Below, piece by piece: positions 58,736 to 64,000 of a DNA stretch of 64,000 nucleotides (position 1 is the stretch's first letter; the number at the start of each line of letters is the position of its first letter). Location of the stretch: NCBI GenBank assembly GCA_035532215.1, contig DATKRK010000416.1, forward strand, positions 13,183 to 77,182, in the 5' to 3' direction. The notes under the pieces were generated by a model. It saw nothing but the letters and a program-made list of their open reading frames with translations, ran no database searches and was not told the origin of the DNA. Source of the DNA: Pirellulales bacterium (GTDB lineage Bacteria; Planctomycetota; Planctomycetia; Pirellulales; JAICIG01). The position numbers and the translations under genes are program-made.

Positions 58736-59623
58736 ATGTCCATTCAATTCACCTGTCCCCAATGCGGCGTGACGACCGAGGTCGACGAGCGGTTGGCCGG
58801 TCAAACGGGCCCCTGTCGCCAGTGCGGCGCGACGGTGACCGTGCCCGCCGAACCGTCTCAGCCGTTCGCACCGCCGCCGAAAAAATCATCGGCGCCGATC
58901 ATCATCGTCGTGCTGGCGGCCTGCCTCGTCGGCGCCGTCGCTTGCGGCGGCGTGCTGATCGCGCTGCTGCTGCCCGCCGTTCAAGCGGCGCGCGAAGCCG
59001 CGCGGCGCAGCCAGTGCTCGAACAATCTCAAGCAAATCGGGCTCGCCCTGCAAAACTACGCCGACGTCTATAAAGAGTTTCCCCCGCAGTATCTAGCCGA
59101 CGAAAACGGCAAGCCGATGCACAGTTGGCGAGTGTTGATTCTGCCGTATATGGAACAACAGGCGCTCTACGACCAGTACGATTTCAACGAGGCGTGGGAC
59201 GGCCCGCACAACAGCCAATTGGCCGCGCAGATGCCGGCCGTTTTCCGCTGCCCGTCCGATCCGGTCACGGCGACGGGCGGAACGATTACGAGCTACGTCG
59301 GCGTGAGCGGTCCGGGCACGATCTTCGACGGTCCGAAGTCGGCGAACTTCGCCAACATTACCGACGGCTTATCGAATACGCTCGCGGTCGTCGAGTTCGC
59401 CGGCGGCGGCGTACACTGGATGGAGCCGCGCGATCTGGACGCCAGCCAACTGAGCGGCATCGTCAGCCCGCCCGACGGCCAGAACATATCCAGCTATCAC
59501 CCGGGCGGCGCCAACGCGGAGTTTGCCGACGGCCATGCGCAATTTCTGTCGTCGTCGATCGACCTCCAGTTCCTGCGCGCACTGACGACCGTCGCGGGCG
59601 GGGAGAACGTTGGCGGCTTTTAG
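58736..59623 (+). CDS. DUF1559 (H-X9-DG) domain protein with an N-terminal zinc ribbon and TM anchor instead of a prepilin leader
   Basis: LLLPAVQAAREAARRSQCSNNLKQIGLALQNY plus HPGGANAEFADGH (H-X9-DG) define DUF1559. The N-terminus is MSIQFTCPQCGVTTEVDERLAGQTGPCRQCGATV (CxxC...CxxC), followed by a Pro-rich linker and IIIVVLAACLVGAVACGGVLIA. The start is at ATG 58736. Confidence 0.75.
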   Translation: MSIQFTCPQCGVTTEVDERLAGQTGPCRQCGATVTVPAEPSQPFAPPPKKSSAPIIIVVLAACLVGAVACGGVLIALLLPAVQAAREAARRSQCSNNLKQIGLALQNYADVYKEFPPQYLADENGKPMHSWRVLILPYMEQQALYDQYDFNEAWDGPHNSQLAAQMPAVFRCPSDPVTATGGTITSYVGVSGPGTIFDGPKSANFANITDGLSNTLAVVEFAGGGVHWMEPRDLDASQLSGIVSPPDGQNISSYHPGGANAEFADGHAQFLSSSIDLQFLRALTTVAGGENVGGF

Positions 59624-59677
59624 GCAAGCGGCAAGCATTGTGGCGACACTCTTCCTTATTTTGATCGCGTTTGGAAA

Positions 59678-60505
59678 ATGAAAGCTTTCGGTTTGCGCTT
59701 CCTCGTTCTCGCGACGATCCTCTTAAACCGCTACGCTACCGTAGCGGCCGACGCGCCTCGCCCCAAAAAATTGCTGCTCTTGGGCCAAGGCCCCGACGGC
59801 CACCCGCCAGCGACGCACGAGTATCTGGCCGGGTTGAAAGTGCTCGAGTTGTGCCTGAAGCACGCGCCGCAGATCGAGGCGACTTTGGAGCGGGCCGACG
59901 AGCCTTGGGAGTCCGGTCCTGCCAAGTTGGCCGAGGCCGACGGCGTCGTGATCTTTCTGTCGGAAGGCGCCAAGTGGGCCCAGGCCGATCCGCGGCGGCT
60001 CGACGCGCTGGCCCGGCTGGCCGAGCGGGGCGGCGGCTTCGTCGCGCTGCACTGGGGCATGGGCACGCAGGAGGCGGCGCCGATCGACGCCTATCTCAAG
60101 CTGCTGGGCGGCTGCCACGGAGGACCTGACCGGCGATATGCCGTCGTCGAAGAAACCTTGCGGCCAGCCGAACCGCGCCACGCGGTCGCCACGGCGCTGG
60201 AACCGGTGCGCGTCCGCGAAGAGTTCTATTTCCGCCTGAAGTTCGCCCCGGCGCCCGCCATCGTCGAGCCGGTGATGACCGTACCGATCGAAGGCCGCCA
60301 AGAGACCGTCGCCTGGGCTTGGCAGCGGCCCGACGGCGGCCGCTCGTGCGGATTCAGCGGCCTGCACTTTCACGAGAACTGGCGGCAGGCGACCTATCGG
60401 CGGCTGGTCGTGCAGAGCGTACACTGGTCGCTGAAACTGCCGATTCCGCCCGCGGGCGCCAACGTCGAAGTGGCCGAAGAAGTTCTTGCGGGGCCGCAAC
60501 GATGA
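59678..60505 (+). CDS. secreted ThuA-like (class I glutamine amidotransferase-like fold) protein
   Basis: Signal peptide MKAFGLRFLVLATILLNRYATVAADA. The layout KKLLLLGQGPDGHPPATHEY...ADGVVIFLSEG...GGGFVALHWG...EEFYF...GFSGLHFHENW resembles ThuA-domain proteins. This is a family call by pattern only. Confidence 0.45.
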   Translation: MKAFGLRFLVLATILLNRYATVAADAPRPKKLLLLGQGPDGHPPATHEYLAGLKVLELCLKHAPQIEATLERADEPWESGPAKLAEADGVVIFLSEGAKWAQADPRRLDALARLAERGGGFVALHWGMGTQEAAPIDAYLKLLGGCHGGPDRRYAVVEETLRPAEPRHAVATALEPVRVREEFYFRLKFAPAPAIVEPVMTVPIEGRQETVAWAWQRPDGGRSCGFSGLHFHENWRQATYRRLVVQSVHWSLKLPIPPAGANVEVAEEVLAGPQR

Positions 60506-61626
60506 GGTGGTCGTGGAAGCTTGGCGAAGTCGCGGGCATCGGCATCTACGTCCACTGGACGTTTCTGATCTTGATCGGCTGGATCGCCATGGCGGACCTT
60601 GCCGCAGGCGAGCCGGCCGGCGAGGCGATCAAGGGCATCGGCTTCGTACTGGCACTGTTCGGCTGCATCGTGCTGCACGAATTGGGACACGCTTTAACCG
60701 CCAAGCGGTTCGGCGTGCGGACGCAGGACATCACGCTGCTGCCGATCGGCGGCCTGGCCCGGTTGGAGCGGATTCCGGAGAATCCAGTGCAGGAATTTTG
60801 GATCGCCGTCGCCGGACCGGCAGTCAACGTCGCCATCGCCGGCATTCTGGCGGCGCTGCTGTTCGTCGCCGGCCGCACATTCGGCCGCTGGGAGTCGATT
60901 CCCACGCACGGCGACTTTTTCGTGCAATTGATGTATGTCAACGTCGCCTTGGTCGTGTTCAACATGATCCCGGCCTTTCCGATGGATGGCGGCCGCGTGT
61001 TGCGGGCCGTGCTGGCGCATTTTTCGGGCGATTACGTGGCGGCCACGCAGACGGCCGCGAGCATCGGTCAGGCGCTGGCGATCATGTTCGGCTTCCTGGG
61101 CTTGTTGTTCGGCAATCTGATGCTGATGTTCATCGCGCTGTTCGTGTTTGTCGTCGCCCAGGAAGAAGCCCACTCCGTTCAAATGCGCGCGGCGCTCAAG
61201 GGCGTCCCTGTGCGTCATGCGATGATGACCCGCGTCCGCGCGCTCAAGCCCGACGACACGCTTGAAACGGCCGTGCAGGAGTTATTGGCTGGCGCCCAGC
61301 AAGATTTTCCCGTCGTCGTCGACGGCGCCGTCGCCGGGCTGCTATTGCGCGGCGACGTGATGCGCGCCCTGGCCGAAGGTGGCGCCGAGCAGCGCGTGGG
61401 CAACGTCATGCAGCAGGAGTGCGCCACCGTGGAAGATACCGAAATGCTGGCTTCCACGTTCCAACGCATGCGCGAGAGCAATTGCGGCAGCCTGCCCGTA
61501 GTGCGCTCAGGGCAGTTCGTCGGAATGATCACGCTGGAGAACGTCGGCGAACTGTTGATGGTCGATTCCGCCTTGCGCGAACGCCGCGGCCGGAGCCCTG
61601 CGGAAAGCGTGCCGCAAGCAAAGTAG
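60502..61626 (+). CDS. M50-family (site-2 protease-like) zinc metalloprotease with a C-terminal CBS pair
   Basis: An ATGA overlap with the upstream gene (ATG 60502). HELGHALTAKRFGV (HExxH in a TM helix), the second motif NMIPAFPMDGGRVL, and a C-terminal CBS-like region VRHAMMTRVRALKPDDTLETAVQELL...FPVV...GMITLENVGELL. Confidence 0.85.
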   Translation: MRWSWKLGEVAGIGIYVHWTFLILIGWIAMADLAAGEPAGEAIKGIGFVLALFGCIVLHELGHALTAKRFGVRTQDITLLPIGGLARLERIPENPVQEFWIAVAGPAVNVAIAGILAALLFVAGRTFGRWESIPTHGDFFVQLMYVNVALVVFNMIPAFPMDGGRVLRAVLAHFSGDYVAATQTAASIGQALAIMFGFLGLLFGNLMLMFIALFVFVVAQEEAHSVQMRAALKGVPVRHAMMTRVRALKPDDTLETAVQELLAGAQQDFPVVVDGAVAGLLLRGDVMRALAEGGAEQRVGNVMQQECATVEDTEMLASTFQRMRESNCGSLPVVRSGQFVGMITLENVGELLMVDSALRERRGRSPAESVPQAK

Positions 61627-61731
61627 ACGCGGCATCCTGCCGCGTTAGCAGCGTAGACGCGGCATCCTGCCGCGTTCCCAAGGTAGAGGCGGCGTCCTGC
61701 CGCGTTTGATGCGGCAGGATGCCGCATCTAC
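61623..61731. repeat. family C hairpin repeat cluster (three 30-bp-period direct copies plus one inverted partial copy)
   Basis: GTAGA(C/G)GCGGC(A/G)TCCTGCCGCGTT occurs at 61623-61646, 61653-61676 and 61683-61706. The inverted GCGGCAGGATGCCGCATCTAC is at 61711-61731. Each unit contains the GCGGCA/TGCCGC hairpin. Copy 1 overlaps the M50 stop codon. Confidence 0.85.
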
Positions 61732-61740
61732 AGGGGAAGC

Positions 61741-61944
61741 TTACGAGCACGATGCGAGTTCGATTTCCAGCGGACGCCAACCGGCATCCAAGCTAGCGAA
61801 GGAAACCGGCTCAGCCCGGTCGACCGCGGGCGGAGCATACCGGGGCAATAATTCGCTCAGCACTTCGCTCATCGACCAGACTCCGCCGCGGCAGCCCGCT
61901 TGCTTCGTGGTTGCGTCCAGGCCGTTCTCGACACGCACGTTCAT
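61741..61944 (-). CDS. possible small protein (67 aa), hypothetical
   Basis: GGGAG lies about 8 nt upstream of ATG 61944. No family was recognised. It is flanked by family C repeats and sits next to an AT-rich palindromic region. Confidence 0.3.
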   Translation of the reverse strand: MNVRVENGLDATTKQAGCRGGVWSMSEVLSELLPRYAPPAVDRAEPVSFASLDAGWRPLEIELASCS

Positions 61945-61991
61945 CGCAAAACTCCCTACAAGGGCAAAGACACTCGAATACGTGTACTAGT

Positions 61992-62008
61992 TACTGTACA
62001 AAACAGTA
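61992..62008. promoter_or_regulatory. operator-like perfect palindrome TACTGT-N5-ACAGTA
   Basis: TACTGTACAAAACAGTA lies in an AT-rich patch 48 nt upstream of the minus-strand small ORF start. The arms equal the E. coli SOS-box arms but the spacer is 5 rather than 8 nt. An adjacent GTACTAGTTACTGTAC (61983-61999, GTAC-N8-GTAC) overlaps it. Confidence 0.3.
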
Positions 62009-62065
62009 TACGCATGTCAACTTTTCCAGTTCACCCGGCTGGTAATTATTATTCCGCAGTTTGCG

Positions 62066-62089
62066 AACGCGGCAGGCTGCCGCGTCTGC
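62066..62089. repeat. family C hairpin repeat, isolated inverted copy
   Basis: AACGCGGCAGGCTGCCGCGTCTGC is the reverse complement of GCAGACGCGGCAGCCTGCCGCGTT, which differs at only a few positions from the 61623 unit. Confidence 0.7.
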
Positions 62090-62147
62090 AGGCTACGGAA
62101 TGACCGCCTTTTCACGGAATTCACATCGAATTCCGCGGTGGTTGGCG

Positions 62148-62176
62148 TTCTCAAGCAGCAGCAGTTGCTCTAGAAT
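62148..62176 (+). promoter_or_regulatory. candidate sigma70-type promoter upstream of typA
   Basis: TTCTCA (62148-62153), 17-nt spacer, TAGAAT (62171-62176). This predicts a ~210-nt leader containing an AGGAG-preceded 15-codon uORF (62191-62238) and an 8-bp hairpin GCCGCACG/CGTGCGGC (62217-62248). Confidence 0.3.
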
Positions 62177-62395
62177 GATAGGAGCGCGCCATGCTGACTT
62201 GGGGCGCCCGGGGCTTTGCCGCACGACAAAGGCGGTAAAACCGTGCGGCCAACCATCGTGGGCAGAAACCAAGGGACCGCGTGAAGAGCGTGCCTGCCTA
62301 GCTCGATCAACGCAGCCATCCGTCTGCGTGCGCTCCTCCGAAAGAACTCCATCCGCCCGTCGCGCGGGCTCCCGACGGGAATATATCGCTAACTA

Positions 62396-64000
62396 ATGGT
62401 TAAAATGGAACTTATGTCGCAATCGGTTTGTACCCAACGCCGTACCGATATCCGCAACATCGCGATCATCGCCCACGTCGACCACGGCAAGACGACGCTC
62501 GTCGACTGCCTGCTGCGGCAAAGCGGCGAGTTCCGCGCCAGCCAGCTTGTCGGCGAGCGGATTCTCGACTCCAACGATCTGGAGCGCGAACGCGGAATTA
62601 CGATCCTCGCCAAGAACATCGCCATTCCCTACAAGGGGGTGAAGATCAACCTGATCGACACGCCGGGCCACGCCGACTTTGGCGGCGAGGTCGAACGCGT
62701 ACTGCGGATGGCTGACGGCGCTTTGGTGCTGGTCGACGCCGCCGAAGGCCCGATGCCGCAAACCCGCTTCGTGCTCTCCAAGGCGCTCGAATGCGGCCTC
62801 AAGCCGGTCGTCGTGATCAACAAGATCGATCGCTCCGACGCCCGGGCCGAAGAAGTGCTCAACGAAACCTTCGAGCTGTTCATGGAACTGGGCGCCGACG
62901 AGGCGCTCGGCGATTTTCCCTATATCTTCGCCAGTTCGCGGCAGGGCTTCGCCACGCACAACCAGAACGAACCGGGCGACTCGATGAAGCCGCTCTTGGA
63001 TCTGGTGCTCTCGGCCGTGCCGGGGCCGGAGGTCGACGCCGATTCGCCGCTGCAGATGCTGGTCAACACGCTCGATTGGTCGGAGTTCGTCGGCCGCATC
63101 GCCATCGGCCGCATCCAGTCGGGGACGATCAAACGCGGCCAGCGCGTGGCGCTGATGCAAGCGGACGATGCCGTCACCGTTTCGAAAATCAACACGCTCT
63201 ACGTGTTCGACAAACTCGGCCGCACTGAAGTCGAAGAGGCCACGGCCGGCGACGTGGTGGCGGTCGTGGGTCTGGAAGACGTCGAAATCGGCGACACGAT
63301 TAGCGATGCCGAGGTCCGCCGGGCCATGCCGCGCGTCGAAGTCGATCAGCCGACGTTGGAAATGGTGTTTTCGATCAACAGTTCGCCGCTGGCCGGTCGC
63401 TCGGGCAAATACGTCACCAATCGCCATTTGCGCGACCGGCTAATGAAGGAACTGGAGCGGAACGTGGCCTTGCGGGTCGGGCCGATCGAAGGCAGCGAAG
63501 CGTTTGCCGTCTCGGGCCGCGGGCTGCTGCACCTGTCGGTATTGATCGAAACGATGCGCCGCGAAGGCTTCGAACTCTCGGTCGGCAAGCCGCGCGTGAT
63601 CACGCGCGAGCACAACGGCATCGTCGAAGAGCCGTTCGAAACGCTCATCGTCGAAGTGCCGCCCGACCGGCTGGGCGCCGTGATGGAACTGACCGGCGCG
63701 CGCCGCGGCCAAATGCTCGAAATGCACACCCGCGGCGAATACTCGCACGTGGCGTTTTCGATTCCCGCACGCGGATTGATCGGCTTGCGGACCCGGCTGC
63801 TCAACGCCACGCAAGGCTTGGCCATCATGCACCACCGCTTCGACCGCTACCGGCCGCTGGAGGGCGACATCCCCGGCCGCCCGACCGGCGTGCTGGTGTC
63901 GATGGTCGCCGGCAAGGCGGTGGCCTTCGGGCTCGACGGCTTGCAGGAGCGGGCCGAAATGTTCATCGGCCCGGGCGACGAAGTTTACGAAGGCATGATC
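62396..64000 (+). CDS. typA: translational GTPase TypA/BipA (3'-truncated by the window edge)
   Basis: The frame is open from ATG 62396 (alternatives 62405 and 62414) to the window end. [19 protein letters not shown] (G1), [14 protein letters not shown] (G3), VINKIDR (G4), then the BipA-type domains ...[20 protein letters not shown]...[21 protein letters not shown]. It is absent from the ORF track because no stop falls inside the window. Confidence 0.95.
   Translation, partial: MVKMELMSQSVCTQRRTDIRNIAIIAHVDHGKTTLVDCLLRQSGEFRASQLVGERILDSNDLERERGITILAKNIAIPYKGVKINLIDTPGHADFGGEVERVLRMADGALVLVDAAEGPMPQTRFVLSKALECGLKPVVVINKIDRSDARAEEVLNETFELFMELGADEALGDFPYIFASSRQGFATHNQNEPGDSMKPLLDLVLSAVPGPEVDADSPLQMLVNTLDWSEFVGRIAIGRIQSGTIKRGQRVALMQADDAVTVSKINTLYVFDKLGRTEVEEATAGDVVAVVGLEDVEIGDTISDAEVRRAMPRVEVDQPTLEMVFSINSSPLAGRSGKYVTNRHLRDRLMKELERNVALRVGPIEGSEAFAVSGRGLLHLSVLIETMRREGFELSVGKPRVITREHNGIVEEPFETLIVEVPPDRLGAVMELTGARRGQMLEMHTRGEYSHVAFSIPARGLIGLRTRLLNATQGLAIMHHRFDRYRPLEGDIPGRPTGVLVSMVAGKAVAFGLDGLQERAEMFIGPGDEVYEGMI

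Noticed and set aside
1-64000. A search by eye for tRNA, rRNA, tmRNA, RNase P, SRP RNA, integrase/transposase genes, cas genes and restriction-modification genes.
   Set aside because: I found no T-loop/acceptor-like tRNA signatures (GGTTCGA(A/T)TCC-type), no rRNA-like conserved blocks and no recombinase or Cas motifs in any ORF. Absence should be confirmed with tRNAscan-SE, Infernal and HMM searches, since a manual scan can miss divergent RNAs.

Overview
GC-rich bacterial chromosomal window. Its gene content points to Planctomycetota: a DUF1559/H-X9-DG pseudopilin-like protein, and giant secreted proteins with Arg-rich plus LExxExRLxLT N-termini and DUF4214 tails. This taxonomy is inference only. 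Nt 1-41426 (about 65% of the window) is a head-to-tail array of three same-strand giant genes: the 3' end of one (1-2184), a 6,747-aa ORF (2453-22696) and a collinear 6,070-aa paralogue (23214-41426). The two complete giants share a scaffold of an M10-like block, PPC-like sandwiches, beta-helix blocks, a propeller, PbH1 repeats, cadherin-like repeats and a DUF4214 tail. Both carry at least 23 copies in total of a roughly 90-130-aa module I cannot assign to a named family (core DGxTFx(I/V)xDG...(T/V)FEF...AIN), some nested inside other domains. The serralysin-type zinc motif is HEIGHALGLGN in giant 1 but RQIGIMLGLTN in giant 2. Giant 2 is followed after 20 nt by a secreted M20D amidohydrolase and two translationally coupled membrane proteins. 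The remaining ~20 kb is mostly housekeeping: mtaB-like, clpS, an M20 dipeptidase, serS, uvrC, a KAS-II-like synthase, maa-like, a 2-hydroxyacid dehydrogenase, an M50/CBS protease and typA. It is interrupted by several small accessory features. (1) A toxin-antitoxin islet in which hicAB has replaced all but 26 codons of a ParE/RelE-type toxin. (2) A 1.5-kb apparently lower-GC insertion bounded by imperfect terminal inverted repeats; it carries an inverted-repeat-bracketed promoter/structured-RNA/terminator unit and an orphan 304-aa ORF. (3) A non-coding array of about nine GCCAAGATGGCCA sites. (4) Three families of GC-rich palindromic dispersed repeats. I saw no tRNA, rRNA, CRISPR array or recognisable transposase/integrase. 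All domain names come from motif recognition by eye; no database search or folding was run.
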